In this document: in pieces, positions 18,597 through 28,524 of the stretch
Layout: each line of letters opens with the position of its first letter
How positions within the stretch are numbered: the stretch's first letter is position 1
Virus record (IMG/VR): IMGVR_UViG_3300021365_002389
Span: 62,001 to 124,740 of that record
Strand: one strand, 5' to 3'
DNA length: 62,740 nt
From: an uncultured virus (IMG/VR IMGVR_UViG_3300021365_002389)
Taxonomy: Duplodnaviria; Heunggongvirae; Uroviricota; Caudoviricetes
Notes under the pieces: model-generated
What the model was told of the DNA's origin: nothing
The model's database searches: none
The model's input: the letters and a program-made list of their open reading frames with translations, nothing else
Translations under genes and position numbers: made by a program

Positions 18597-18896
18597 TTAT
18601 TTAAAAGGATTACCCATATAGAAAGGATTTTCTCCGGCACTGTGATCAGTGGCATCTAAAACTTCATTTATCTCTGTAAACTCGTCCATTAAGGCCATCT
18701 TAATTCCGTGTTGCATGGTTGCTGCGCTAGCCCCACAACCCTGACACCCTCCACCCATTTTTAGTTTAACAACTCCAGTATCTTCATCGGCTGAAACGAT
18801 TTCTATCCAGCCACCGTGGGCAGCGAGATTCGGATTGATGTCATCCTTAACAAAATTTGATAATCTCTCTTGAAAACTATTATCTTTTACACTCAT
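18597..18896 (-). CDS. NifU/NfuA C-terminal domain protein
   Basis: INPNLAAHGG...GGGCQGC...DATDH. Confidence 0.9.
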   Translation of the reverse strand: MSVKDNSFQERLSNFVKDDINPNLAAHGGWIEIVSADEDTGVVKLKMGGGCQGCGASAATMQHGIKMALMDEFTEINEVLDATDHSAGENPFYMGNPFK

Positions 18897-19078
18897 TAAA
18901 AACCATTACATTCAGCAGGAAAAAGATCACCCCCCATATCGGAGGAACCCATAGAAGCCAATTCCTTGGGCACCTCATAAAACTCCATATCAATCATAAA
19001 AGTTTCTAAAGCATCTTGAATGGTAGGTGCCCAGATTGTAAAGGTTGTGCCACGGACTTCGATTTGAAAGCAATTCAT
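18896..19078 (-). CDS. Hypothetical protein
   Basis: 60 aa ORF directly downstream of an early-type promoter/RBS. Confidence 0.65.
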   Translation of the reverse strand: MNCFQIEVRGTTFTIWAPTIQDALETFMIDMEFYEVPKELASMGSSDMGGDLFPAECNGF

Positions 19079-19130
19079 ACTCTCTCCTTATACTCTAAGG
19101 TATCATCGATTTGTTACTTGTCAAGTTTTT
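19079..19130 (-). promoter_or_regulatory. Early-type promoter + RBS (copy 3)
   Basis: AAAAAC-TTGACA-16-TACCTT, extended TG, RBS AAGGAGAGAG. Confidence 0.75.
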
Positions 19131-19332
19131 TATTTGTCTTTTTACTACGCATATACAGAAATTGATCCTTCTGCAATTTTTGCAGAGTTGATTTTCTTTT
19201 GTCGTTTATCTTCTTTAATAATTCTCTCTGCTTCTCTGCGTGCTTTGATCTCAGCCACACGATGAGCATCAAAGTTCCACCAGGCAAAAGCAGGGCTAAT
19301 AGAATACCAACCAGTAGCGTAAGTATTGGCAT
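19114..19332 (-). CDS. Small membrane protein
   Basis: Hydrophobic N-terminus (LLPGG), basic tail. Confidence 0.5.
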   Translation of the reverse strand: MPILTLLVGILLALLLPGGTLMLIVWLRSKHAEKQRELLKKINDKRKSTLQKLQKDQFLYMRSKKTNKKLDK

Positions 19333-19335
19333 CGA

Positions 19336-20109
19336 TCATAGGTACTCCTGTAGTTGAAGAATTAAATCCGCTGGTCCATCAACCATATGATATTTACCAC
19401 ATTTCATAGCAATGTCAAGGTCATTTCCGTCTTTGCAAATCTTATCTCCAAAAAATACACACTGATCTGGAGTTTCTTTGATATTTTTTAAAGCATAAGT
19501 TTTATCCCAACCTTCACGAGTAATATCAATAGAGATCTGTCCTCCTAATCGAAAAGATAGCCCCCAACCTTTGAAATCCTTTCGTAGTTGGTCCACTATT
19601 TTTTGTCTTTCTCCGCTTTTATAATCCCACTTAACATAGTCCTCTCTCTGAGTGCTTGTGCAGTTTCTCCCCACTACCGAAAAGTTAATCTGACTGTCAC
19701 GCCATTCAATAAACGTCCCTGTTTTAATTTTAGTGTGGGTCTCGTAAGCTGTCTTTAGAAGGATATTAACAATATGATTAATATCAGCCTCAGAATAAAA
19801 ATCCATTAATGAGGTTGTGTGAATTAATTCTGGTTCAATTGGTTTTGTCTCGTCATCCATATCAAGGTTGCAATTCCAAACCCTTGTGCCATTACAAGAA
19901 AATACTCGCTCAAAAAGTTGTAATAAATTATCATTAGAAATTTGCTCTTCAATTTTTACCATGTCAGAACCAGTAACTAAATATTTCTTGATGGAATTAG
20001 GAACAGACTTCAAGGCCTCAAGGACATCTTGTGATATTGGTTCCCTAGCATCAGTTAGGGTTCCATCCATATCAAACAGTAGAGCCGCAGGCATAATTTT
20101 GTTTTTCAT
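19336..20109 (-). CDS. HAD-IIB phosphomannomutase, eukaryotic PMM-like
   Basis: FDMDGTLT, GSD, INFS..GR, GGQISIDI, GWDKTY, FFGD...GND. Confidence 0.88.
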   Translation of the reverse strand: MKNKIMPAALLFDMDGTLTDAREPISQDVLEALKSVPNSIKKYLVTGSDMVKIEEQISNDNLLQLFERVFSCNGTRVWNCNLDMDDETKPIEPELIHTTSLMDFYSEADINHIVNILLKTAYETHTKIKTGTFIEWRDSQINFSVVGRNCTSTQREDYVKWDYKSGERQKIVDQLRKDFKGWGLSFRLGGQISIDITREGWDKTYALKNIKETPDQCVFFGDKICKDGNDLDIAMKCGKYHMVDGPADLILQLQEYL

Positions 20110-20465
20110 ATTAAAAGTCCACCTCCCAAGTTCTTTCTTAACTCGCTTATATTAATTGGATTAATCATGAGGTAAGCTGTTACCTCATATTCGTATTCAT
20201 TACTTATATAATACTGCTCTTCTCTTCTTTGGTTAAGAGGATTTCTTTTAGGGAACAAAAGAACAGTGTATATTATTATCTTTTGATTATCTTTATCTAG
20301 TTCACCATAGAACGCATCTGTCACAACGCCCAGCGAATCTAATCTATTAGCCCGAACAATTGTCCCGACTTTTACAGCCTCTTTGGGGTATTTATCGTCC
20401 GAAGCTGAATTCACTGTCTCAAAAGCATCCGCTATTCTTTCTAATATTTCTTTAGAGTCGCTCAT
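20106..20465 (-). CDS. Hypothetical protein, SH3-like
   Basis: VKVGTIVR...LGVV...YTVLL. Confidence 0.65.
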   Translation of the reverse strand: MSDSKEILERIADAFETVNSASDDKYPKEAVKVGTIVRANRLDSLGVVTDAFYGELDKDNQKIIIYTVLLFPKRNPLNQRREEQYYISNEYEYEVTAYLMINPINISELRKNLGGGLLI

Positions 20466-20494
20466 AGTTTAAGATACCATAAATTCAGATTATT

Positions 20495-21472
20495 TCAAGA
20501 AATTATTTCAAAATCTAATATTTCAATATCTTTAGATAGTTCTTCTTTTTGATCTTTGCATAAATCTGTTGAAAGATACTTTTTATTTCCATCGCAAAGT
20601 ATAGTGGCTACATTTGATGTTTCTTTAAGTTCAGCAGCCTTCAAAATAGCTCCAAAAACGTTTGCTCCGGACGAAATACCAACAGATAAGCCTAACTTAT
20701 TGATTTGTCTAGCAATATTTATCGCATCCGAGTCTTTTACTCGTAAAACAGGGCTAAGTGCTTGTAAATCCACAATATTTGGTATAAAGCTGTCCCCAAT
20801 GCCTTCAATTCGGTGTCCGCCATCTTCATTTTTACTTGGAAGGATAGGGTAAACCTTAAAGTCGTTCTTTTTTTGCGAAAAGTAGTGATAAAAGCCCATA
20901 ACAGTGCCTCCGGTACCCATACCAGTAATAAAAACGTCTAAATCACCTAAATTGTTAATCTTAAGTGCATTTTCAAGCTCAGGAGCAGTAGAATTAACGT
21001 GTGCCAGGATATTCCAAGTATTATTAAACTGTTTTGGTCCAAAATAACCGTTTTTTTGACTTTTTTGCTCTGCTAACTCAATACACTTTAGAAATCCGCC
21101 GTCTTTAACACTTATTTCGTGTAATTTAGCCCCATAAAACCTTAAAACCCTCTTTCTTTCCTCTGAGAGCCAATCTGGCATATATATTTCTACTTTATGA
21201 CCTAAGAAAGCCCCCATGGCAGCGAAAGCTATTGCTGTGTTGCCACTTGAAGCCTCAACTATTGTATCATTAGCGTCTATAGTGTTAAGATCATACGCTG
21301 ATTTAAGGATTTGCATGGCCATGCGGTCTTTTATGCTTCCAGTGAAGTTAAAAGTCTCATATTTTGCTAATATAGTGCGTATTTTATCTTCAAACTTACA
21401 TGTGAGCTTAACAGTTGGCGTGTTTCCAACCAAAAGCTGTAGTTTTTTTAATTTTTCAATCTGTTGAGACAT
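20495..21472 (-). CDS. cysK: PLP-dependent cysteine synthase family protein
   Basis: VGNTP, GSIKDR (PLP Lys), ASSGNT, GTGGT, IEGIG, GISSGAN. Confidence 0.9.
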   Translation of the reverse strand: MSQQIEKLKKLQLLVGNTPTVKLTCKFEDKIRTILAKYETFNFTGSIKDRMAMQILKSAYDLNTIDANDTIVEASSGNTAIAFAAMGAFLGHKVEIYMPDWLSEERKRVLRFYGAKLHEISVKDGGFLKCIELAEQKSQKNGYFGPKQFNNTWNILAHVNSTAPELENALKINNLGDLDVFITGMGTGGTVMGFYHYFSQKKNDFKVYPILPSKNEDGGHRIEGIGDSFIPNIVDLQALSPVLRVKDSDAINIARQINKLGLSVGISSGANVFGAILKAAELKETSNVATILCDGNKKYLSTDLCKDQKEELSKDIEILDFEIIS

Positions 21473-21483
21473 TCACTAACCTA

Positions 21484-23427
21484 CTAACTATCTCTCCATA
21501 GGTTATTAGCAGCAAATTTAATAACTTCCTCGGCTGATTCCTCATTGTATCCGTATTCATCGATCAAAGTTTGCACCATCTCGTTGTACTTCCCTTGTTG
21601 CTTCTTGTCACGACTTTTAGATTTGGTGATGATCCTAGAGATTTGCTTAACAGACGATGTTAACTTGGTCTCAATAGCCTCCTTGAGGGGCGCATAAGAC
21701 TGCCAATCTACTTTCTCACCTCTCCTAAGTTTGGAGAACATAAAAGCAGTTATATCAACTCTGAAATTTTCCTTCGAAGTTCCGGTTATACCGATCTGTT
21801 GTTCAATGGATTCCATAAAATTCTCATCTGGGGCTATTTCTTCGTTGGTAACAGAATCTTTAACGGTTGCCATGTTAACATAAGCCTCGGCATGGTCTAA
21901 GTAATTATTAAATAAAGCTTCTGCTTGTTCGTCATAAGCCGAAACAAAGGCTTTGGTAATCTCTTTCTCTAAAATATTAAGATATTCATCATGAAGCGTT
22001 TTACCTAGAAAGTCTAGATACCTGTTTCTGTCATCTTCAACAACAATCTGATCTTTTACTTGTTTTATAAGAGCATCCCGAATTGATATTGGAGTTACCA
22101 TGTTCTTTTCGCTGTCAGACAGGGCAGCGTCAACTGCCTTCATAATAAATCTGGTAGAGATGCCAGTCATACCTTCATCACGAGCTTCGTCCCTTAGATC
22201 GTTGATATCAATCTTTTTAACAGTGCCCCTTTCAATGACATCTTGCCCATCATACAGTTTCATTTTTGTAAGGGCGTCTACTTTATTAGACGGATGCAAT
22301 CGACTCAACACAGCAAACATGGACGCAACCTCTAGGGTGTGAGGAGCCACATGCCCATTAAAGTCAGACAAGCCTAAAAGCTTCTCATAGATCTTTACCT
22401 CTTGGGAAACCTCTAAAGAATAGGGGACATTGACTCGAACAATACGGTCTAAGATGGCCTCGTTGGTGTTCTCTGATTTAAACTTGTTCCATTCTGCCTC
22501 ATTACAGTGAGCTAAAATAACACCATCAAAATAAATCATCGGACCCTTACCGGGAGAGGGAACGGCTTTCTCTTGAGTAGCTGTGATCATCGTGTGTAAG
22601 AATTCTATCTCGTTCTTGAACACCTCAACAAACTCTACTATGCCTCGATTACCAACATTAAAGGCACCATTTAACGACAACACTCTAGGGTCGTCTTCGG
22701 CGTACATATCAAGCTTTGAAATGTCTTCACTGCCTATCAGAATAGTAACATCCTGGCTGTTGGCATCCATGGGTGGTACCACTCCAACACCACGCCTACC
22801 ACGAACCGAAAATGAAGACTCAGTTATTGGCATCGCAGTATAATCATTGCCATACTCTTCTTTTAGTTTATAACGACAAACAGGACAAAGGTCTCCCTCT
22901 ATTCTTATGCCATAAATTTTTTGAAATTCTTCTCTCAAAGAACGGGGTATCAAATGAAGAGGTTCCTCGTGTATTGGACAACCCTCAATATGATACATGG
23001 GTTCCGTCTCTTCTAGGGCTCCTTTGATGTGTTCCATGAGGGCCGACTTGCCAGCGCCTACAGGTCCCAAAAGCAACAAGACCTGACGGCTCTCTTCGCC
23101 CTTCAGAGATGCTGATCTTAAGAATCTCATAACCTTTGCAATAGATCTCTCCATGCCGAAGAACTTACTTTGAAAATAATCGTAGGTTCTCAATTCTTCG
23201 CTATTAAATATCTTATTGCAACGCTCATCAGATGTTTTCATCTTCGTAACACCATGGGCTGCCATGGCGTCATATAATCTTTTGTGAGCCAGCTTGGTTG
23301 CGTCAGAATTTTTTTCAATAATTTTTAGGTAATCGGATAGCGTACCGTGAAACTTTTCTTTTTTCTTTTGTTCTTGGTGTTTACCAACTAACTTGAGAAA
23401 TTTATCAGATTTTTTACTATTAGACAT
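21484..23427 (-). CDS. prkA: PrkA/YeaG AAA+ family protein
   Basis: FFGME, GPVGAGKS, CPIHEEPL, GNRGIVEFVEVFK, HCNEAEW, GISTRF. Confidence 0.93.
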   Translation of the reverse strand: MSNSKKSDKFLKLVGKHQEQKKKEKFHGTLSDYLKIIEKNSDATKLAHKRLYDAMAAHGVTKMKTSDERCNKIFNSEELRTYDYFQSKFFGMERSIAKVMRFLRSASLKGEESRQVLLLLGPVGAGKSALMEHIKGALEETEPMYHIEGCPIHEEPLHLIPRSLREEFQKIYGIRIEGDLCPVCRYKLKEEYGNDYTAMPITESSFSVRGRRGVGVVPPMDANSQDVTILIGSEDISKLDMYAEDDPRVLSLNGAFNVGNRGIVEFVEVFKNEIEFLHTMITATQEKAVPSPGKGPMIYFDGVILAHCNEAEWNKFKSENTNEAILDRIVRVNVPYSLEVSQEVKIYEKLLGLSDFNGHVAPHTLEVASMFAVLSRLHPSNKVDALTKMKLYDGQDVIERGTVKKIDINDLRDEARDEGMTGISTRFIMKAVDAALSDSEKNMVTPISIRDALIKQVKDQIVVEDDRNRYLDFLGKTLHDEYLNILEKEITKAFVSAYDEQAEALFNNYLDHAEAYVNMATVKDSVTNEEIAPDENFMESIEQQIGITGTSKENFRVDITAFMFSKLRRGEKVDWQSYAPLKEAIETKLTSSVKQISRIITKSKSRDKKQQGKYNEMVQTLIDEYGYNEESAEEVIKFAANNLWRDS

Positions 23428-23428
23428 T

Positions 23429-24745
23429 TTAAAACTCCCAAGACTCTTCTTCTATAACGGTGGTAAATTTTACACCACCATTCCATAGTTCGTTAATGTA
23501 TTCAAAAACTTTATTGGCTTCAGACAACTCTAAGTCCCTTCCATCATGTTCATGTTCCAGGATTAGCGTGCCGTCTTTATCAAGTTCTTTAACAACAACT
23601 ACGGGAACACTGTTAAGTCCTACATTAGTAATTAGGTCATCACGAACTGTTCGCCATGTAGCTTCTCCGGAAACTTCAGTAATTTTATTATAGCCGTCTT
23701 TCCTATTGAAAGAATAACTGAATAAATTCAACTCTTTACAAAGGTATTCATCAAGGTATGTTTTAATGAAAGTTTCGTCACTGTGAGTCTCTCTTACCCT
23801 AAGACACTCCTCAAACCCTTGATTTTCCTCAATATATTTAAACATTCTGAAACCGAGGTGATATGGGTTTATTCTTCCCATATGTGGTCTAACTACTTGA
23901 TTATGCAGACGGATAAAGGAAAGAAAATATTCGTCGGGAATACCTAGAGCATTTACGATCTTTTCGTGAATCATGCACGCCCAGCCCTCATTCATGATTT
24001 TTGTGCAAGCTTGGGGAATGAAATATAAAGACTCTTGTTCGACAATTCTTATCAGGTCTCTTTCCCAGGGTCTTAACATTGGATTTTTATCAGCTATAAA
24101 TTTCAACAAATTATTGTCAGGCTCTAGCGGTATCTTGCTAAGATCAAAGTGATCCCATCGTCCGGACTTATCGTTCATAACAAGTTTCTCATAATATTTT
24201 TTAAGCTCTTTATGGTTTCTTCTTTTTACACCTGGCGTTCTGGGTACTTGGTATTTAATAGCATGACAAGCATCCAGTATCTTTTCAACATTATCTATTC
24301 CAATGTGAGGATCTTCTACATATTTTTTAACTCTTTTGCTAGCAGATTTAAACCTATCAATAGCATTGTCTGCTCTCGTTTCAGAAAACATTCTATTGTT
24401 TTTAAAGAAGTCGCTATGTCCAACACAATGAGCCATTGTAAGTATATGCGTTGGCATAGGGTTTTCTGTCATCAAATAGGATATGCTGGGGTTTGAGTTT
24501 ATAATCATTTCGTATGGTAATCCAGACATACCGAGGTTATACTCTGTTTGGATACGGTCAAAAGATTTGCCGTAGGACCAGTGCCTATAATGAGTTGGTA
24601 TACCAGTATATGCCATATGCCCCATCATCTCTTTATAGTCACATATCTCATATTCGATCGGGTACCAATCTAGCTCTAAACCCTCGCCTAAGGTACAGAT
24701 CTTTTTATCCCATTCTTGGAGTTCACTCATCGACCAATCAGCCAT
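23429..24745 (-). CDS. spoVR: SpoVR/YcgB family protein
   Basis: HWSYGK, YEMIINSNP, AHCVGHSDFFKNN, TKIMNEGWA, NPYHLG. Confidence 0.93.
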   Translation of the reverse strand: MADWSMSELQEWDKKICTLGEGLELDWYPIEYEICDYKEMMGHMAYTGIPTHYRHWSYGKSFDRIQTEYNLGMSGLPYEMIINSNPSISYLMTENPMPTHILTMAHCVGHSDFFKNNRMFSETRADNAIDRFKSASKRVKKYVEDPHIGIDNVEKILDACHAIKYQVPRTPGVKRRNHKELKKYYEKLVMNDKSGRWDHFDLSKIPLEPDNNLLKFIADKNPMLRPWERDLIRIVEQESLYFIPQACTKIMNEGWACMIHEKIVNALGIPDEYFLSFIRLHNQVVRPHMGRINPYHLGFRMFKYIEENQGFEECLRVRETHSDETFIKTYLDEYLCKELNLFSYSFNRKDGYNKITEVSGEATWRTVRDDLITNVGLNSVPVVVVKELDKDGTLILEHEHDGRDLELSEANKVFEYINELWNGGVKFTTVIEEESWEF

Positions 24746-25931
24746 CTTGTCTACCTCCAAATAGCTTTTTAAAAGCCGGCCATATATCTTTGTTTTCTGA
24801 TAATCTTATTCTCTTAAAATTCTTGTCCTCTATAAGCTTAGTCCAGTCCCATAGTTTCTTTTCGCCACTTGAGTTACCAAACAAAGCATACTCATATTTG
24901 CTCAATGCACCTATCTCAGTATAACACATCACTTGGTTTATTTCTTTTAAACGCCGGAAAGCAGAAAGTGTTTCTTTATTATCGATAGCCCAGTTATCCC
25001 CATCGCCACAATAGAAAGTGTATATGTTCCAGTTGTTCGGGTGATAACGTTTATCAATAATTTCTTCAACTTTTATTAATCCCGTAGACACAAGAGTTCC
25101 ACCATTAGGAACTTGAGTAAAAAACTGTTCCTCATTAACCTCATGAGCATCAGCAGTATGAGAAACAAACACCACATCAATAGACGAATATTTATGGTTT
25201 AAGAATTGGTATAAAAGAAAGAAGAAACTTCTAGCTAAATATTTTTTGTTAGTTGTCATTGAACCCGAAACATCCATTACAAAAAACACAACCGCAGCGG
25301 TATTTTCTTTTTTGACTGGGGCTATATGTTTGTAGCGCAAATCACTCTCGTGGAAAGTAAATCTTTCCCCGCTTTCAGGATCATATGAACCAGCCTTTAT
25401 GGCTGCTTTCTTTCTTCGAATCTTTTGTTTTATAGTTTCTTTTTTTGATAGCCGTGGTCTAATACCATAAGATCTTTTGCCTTTTCTTTTCATTTTCTCT
25501 TGAGTTGTAAACTTAAAGTTTTTCTTTTCTAATTCTGGTAACTCAAGATCATTAAAAAGATAACCAGCCAATTCCTCTAGGGACATTTCTATTTCGTACA
25601 TTTCTTCGCCAGGCTCATTCCCTGGTTTGTTTCCAGGTCCATTTTGCTGTTGGCGTTTTCTGTGCCCAACCTGTTGTCCTTTGGATAAATCTTTGCCAGG
25701 CGCTGAGCCGACTCGTTTATTCTTTTCGTTTGTTCCAAAGACAAAGTGATGTTCTTTGATTCCCTTGACAGGGATTCTTATTTTCTTATTACCGTTTTGG
25801 CCAATTATACTTTCTTCGGCAACGACATCTCTGACGCTTTCTTTGATGGCTTTTTCTATTTTTTGACGATGGCGGCTTCTATCACTAGCCGCTCGATCTG
25901 CTATAGTTTTATGTTCTCTAAATACACTCAT
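24738..25931 (-). CDS. yeaH: YeaH/YhbH (DUF444) vWA-like protein
   Basis: DRSRH, LELPEL, MDVSGSM, GGT..S, WNIY...DGDNW. Confidence 0.92.
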   Translation of the reverse strand: MSVFREHKTIADRAASDRSRHRQKIEKAIKESVRDVVAEESIIGQNGNKKIRIPVKGIKEHHFVFGTNEKNKRVGSAPGKDLSKGQQVGHRKRQQQNGPGNKPGNEPGEEMYEIEMSLEELAGYLFNDLELPELEKKNFKFTTQEKMKRKGKRSYGIRPRLSKKETIKQKIRRKKAAIKAGSYDPESGERFTFHESDLRYKHIAPVKKENTAAVVFFVMDVSGSMTTNKKYLARSFFFLLYQFLNHKYSSIDVVFVSHTADAHEVNEEQFFTQVPNGGTLVSTGLIKVEEIIDKRYHPNNWNIYTFYCGDGDNWAIDNKETLSAFRRLKEINQVMCYTEIGALSKYEYALFGNSSGEKKLWDWTKLIEDKNFKRIRLSENKDIWPAFKKLFGGRQDG

Positions 25932-25947
25932 ATCTTATGACCTATAG

Positions 25948-25954
25948 TAAATAG
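25948..25954 (-). promoter_or_regulatory. CTAHTTA motif (candidate late promoter) heading the yeaH-spoVR-prkA-cysK operon
   Basis: CTATTTA 16 nt upstream of the ATG; the same motif recurs at about 10 intergenic sites. Confidence 0.5.
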
Positions 25955-25968
25955 GCTCGATATGCAAC

Positions 25969-26262
25969 TTAAGCGAATGTCAGTTCTGAAATTTCTACTT
26001 CGTGCGAATCGCCATCAGTGTCAAGTATTTTGGCAGACCCTGGTGTGCCCCCTCTGGGACTGCGATAAAGCTCTACAATCTCACCTGATCTAGGTACCCT
26101 ATCGTAGTCAACTTTTTGTCTGCCGCTGGCAGTTGTTTTCATTACTTTTTCTAGGGTGGACCACTTTACAACATCGCCGACGCTGAAATCGCTTTCTAGG
26201 CGAAAAGCCTCTTCAATTTCTTCTTTGATAATTGTTCTCAGTAAGGATTTTGTAATTTTCAT
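25969..26262 (-). CDS. Leader-bearing protein with SH3-like domain
   Basis: MKITKSLLRTIIKEEIEE leader; FSVGDVVKW. Confidence 0.7.
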   Translation of the reverse strand: MKITKSLLRTIIKEEIEEAFRLESDFSVGDVVKWSTLEKVMKTTASGRQKVDYDRVPRSGEIVELYRSPRGGTPGSAKILDTDGDSHEVEISELTFA

Positions 26263-26263
26263 T

Positions 26264-27415
26264 TTATTCTTTATCTCCCATTGTGGATGCGTACCATTTA
26301 ATTAAGTCTTGGGGGGATCTAACTCGGCTCATCCCTCTTCCTCCCTTTCCTCCTGACACTGACAGCCGACTGGCAAGAGAGCCATCCTCTGAAAAGACTG
26401 GCATGTTGCTTCTAATCTGTTTAGCATATTTTTTAGTTGCCTCATCTTCGCCAGTTGCCATTTTATATAAGGCATCGTGAGCTTTTTGTACTTCTTCATC
26501 TGAGCTAATAGCTACTAATTTTTTTAGCCTTTCTTTTACGGGGTCATCTCCCTTAAACGCTGCGCTATGCATGGCAGCAATGTCAACACCAGTCTGCGCT
26601 AAAGGTTTCCGAAGGTCAGCACCAAGTTTAGCGCCGGCAATAGCTAAAGAAATACGTTGGGCGACAGCCATTGGATCTAAATCCTCTACGAGGAGTTTAT
26701 TTTCAATTTCCTCTTTGATAATTGTTCGCAAGTAGTCTTTTGTAATTTTCACTTGGGAGTTCTCCTGCATCCGCCTTTTTCTAAGTAGTTCTCTCATTTC
26801 CGTAACATCTTTTCTGTTTGCCGCAGTAGACTTCTTAATCTTCTTAGCAGGCTGGCTGGCAGCGAGCTTATCTAAAGCCCCTTTGATCCTATTTGATTCA
26901 TTCTCTGCTTTTTCAATTTCTTTTTCTGTCACAACCTCTGCTAACTCACCCATAAGATTTTTAAGCTGTCCGCTCATCGCTTCAACAGCAGTGACAATTC
27001 TAGGACCTATGGCTGGCAGTCTTCCCATCCTATCTGCCACACTTTGTATTATTCTCGCAACTCCCTGAGCAACTCTAGGATTTGATGCTGCGGCTTGAAA
27101 CCCTTTGCCGGCTGCGGAGACTCCAAGCGTTGCGCTGACTGTTATTATTGCCTGTATGAGTGCTTGTTGTGTATTCCCGGCCCCAAGGTTTAAACCGATT
27201 GAAGCTAGCCCAAAAGGCATACCGATAAAAGGTATGGCGGACGCTCCTTGTAGATAATCATCAACCCCAGCGTCTTTTAAATCTTTTCTGAATTGCTCTC
27301 TTGGGTTAGGACTTTTTGCCAGGTCTACATAATACTTTCCGGCAGTTCGAAGTATCTCTATGGGATTATAATCGCCAAGGTCTTCTAGGATAATATCTTG
27401 CTTCTTTTTTTTCAT
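26264..27415 (-). CDS. Helical protein with hydrophobic Gly/Ala segment, putative packaged/ejected protein
   Basis: IILE leader; AIPFIG...hydrophobic stretch; internal KITKDYLRTIIKEEI repeat. Confidence 0.65.
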   Translation of the reverse strand: MKKKKQDIILEDLGDYNPIEILRTAGKYYVDLAKSPNPREQFRKDLKDAGVDDYLQGASAIPFIGMPFGLASIGLNLGAGNTQQALIQAIITVSATLGVSAAGKGFQAAASNPRVAQGVARIIQSVADRMGRLPAIGPRIVTAVEAMSGQLKNLMGELAEVVTEKEIEKAENESNRIKGALDKLAASQPAKKIKKSTAANRKDVTEMRELLRKRRMQENSQVKITKDYLRTIIKEEIENKLLVEDLDPMAVAQRISLAIAGAKLGADLRKPLAQTGVDIAAMHSAAFKGDDPVKERLKKLVAISSDEEVQKAHDALYKMATGEDEATKKYAKQIRSNMPVFSEDGSLASRLSVSGGKGGRGMSRVRSPQDLIKWYASTMGDKE

Positions 27416-28524
27416 TATGTATTTCGATAACCTGTCGGGTCGCCGTCCGGATGATTTTGTTTATAGACCTGATTTAAATAGTTTTCAAAATCTTTTAGGG
27501 TCTTTTGTTTTGTGCTCCGCATAAGTGAGGCGAGCATCTCCAAAGTCTTACGAGCTTTGGGATTAGAACTTACATTATGGAGACTGTTATCAATTTCCCT
27601 GTAAAAGCGACCATACATATTAGGGGAGCCCGTAAGATTTCGGAACATTACGGTACCTTCTCTCTTACGTTCAGCTTCGTCTCTATATCCAACTTTATCC
27701 TTCACGCTGGCTCCTTCAAATCGCTCTTTACCGGCTAGGATATCTTGGGCAGCCTGAACATACAGAAACACTTCATCTTCGCCAAACTCTGCTCCGCTTC
27801 TACTCTTATATACCGATGCTTGGTCACGAGGCTCGTTGACTGTGACACCAGACTTTTCTACTTCTTCCATAAACGCAGCCAAGCTAGTAAGTGCTTTCTT
27901 TTTACCAACCTCAACAAAGGGGAAAGTTTGTTTATCAATATGAATATAATAAGGGATGTTTCTTTGTTCCGCTATGGCGACGCCATCTCTAAGTCCTTTC
28001 ATTTGGTAGGCTTCTATGGCGCTGCCGGCTTTTCTTTTTGGTTCATCATCAAACATTCCCTTTTCAAACCGATACAAAGGAATAGCAAAATGGATTTCGT
28101 CTATGTACCTGTCAGCATCCTCAATGTAGGGTTCATCTAAAAGTATCCTGTCTTCTGCCTCAAACCCTTCTGTCTCGCCAGGGTCAGGGTTGGCTGCTTT
28201 CTTGGAAGAGCGTTTCTTTGTTGCCCAATAGTCTAGCGGAACTCCTTTATATTTCTGTCCCAAAGCACGACCATCTAATTTGAAGATAACACCCTGTGGA
28301 TAATTTCCCGTGTAAGCATTGGCTGGGGTTCTTGCGGTAGAAAAATAATAAAGTTTCCCTTTACCTAATTCAGACTCAACGTCTTTGGTAAATCCACCAG
28401 AAGCCATAAACCTATTCTGCTCTAGAATCTTGGCACCCCTTTCAAGTCCGTTAGTGTAGTGATAGACGACATCGCTGATGCCTTCTTTTAGGAACTTGCG
28501 CCATTGTTCCATTAGTAATTTCAT
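27415..28524 (-). CDS. Putative ADP-ribosyltransferase-fold protein
   Basis: MKLLMEQWRKFLKE leader; VYHYT...FSTAR...FKLDG...EAEDRI. Confidence 0.5.
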   Translation of the reverse strand: MKLLMEQWRKFLKEGISDVVYHYTNGLERGAKILEQNRFMASGGFTKDVESELGKGKLYYFSTARTPANAYTGNYPQGVIFKLDGRALGQKYKGVPLDYWATKKRSSKKAANPDPGETEGFEAEDRILLDEPYIEDADRYIDEIHFAIPLYRFEKGMFDDEPKRKAGSAIEAYQMKGLRDGVAIAEQRNIPYYIHIDKQTFPFVEVGKKKALTSLAAFMEEVEKSGVTVNEPRDQASVYKSRSGAEFGEDEVFLYVQAAQDILAGKERFEGASVKDKVGYRDEAERKREGTVMFRNLTGSPNMYGRFYREIDNSLHNVSSNPKARKTLEMLASLMRSTKQKTLKDFENYLNQVYKQNHPDGDPTGYRNT

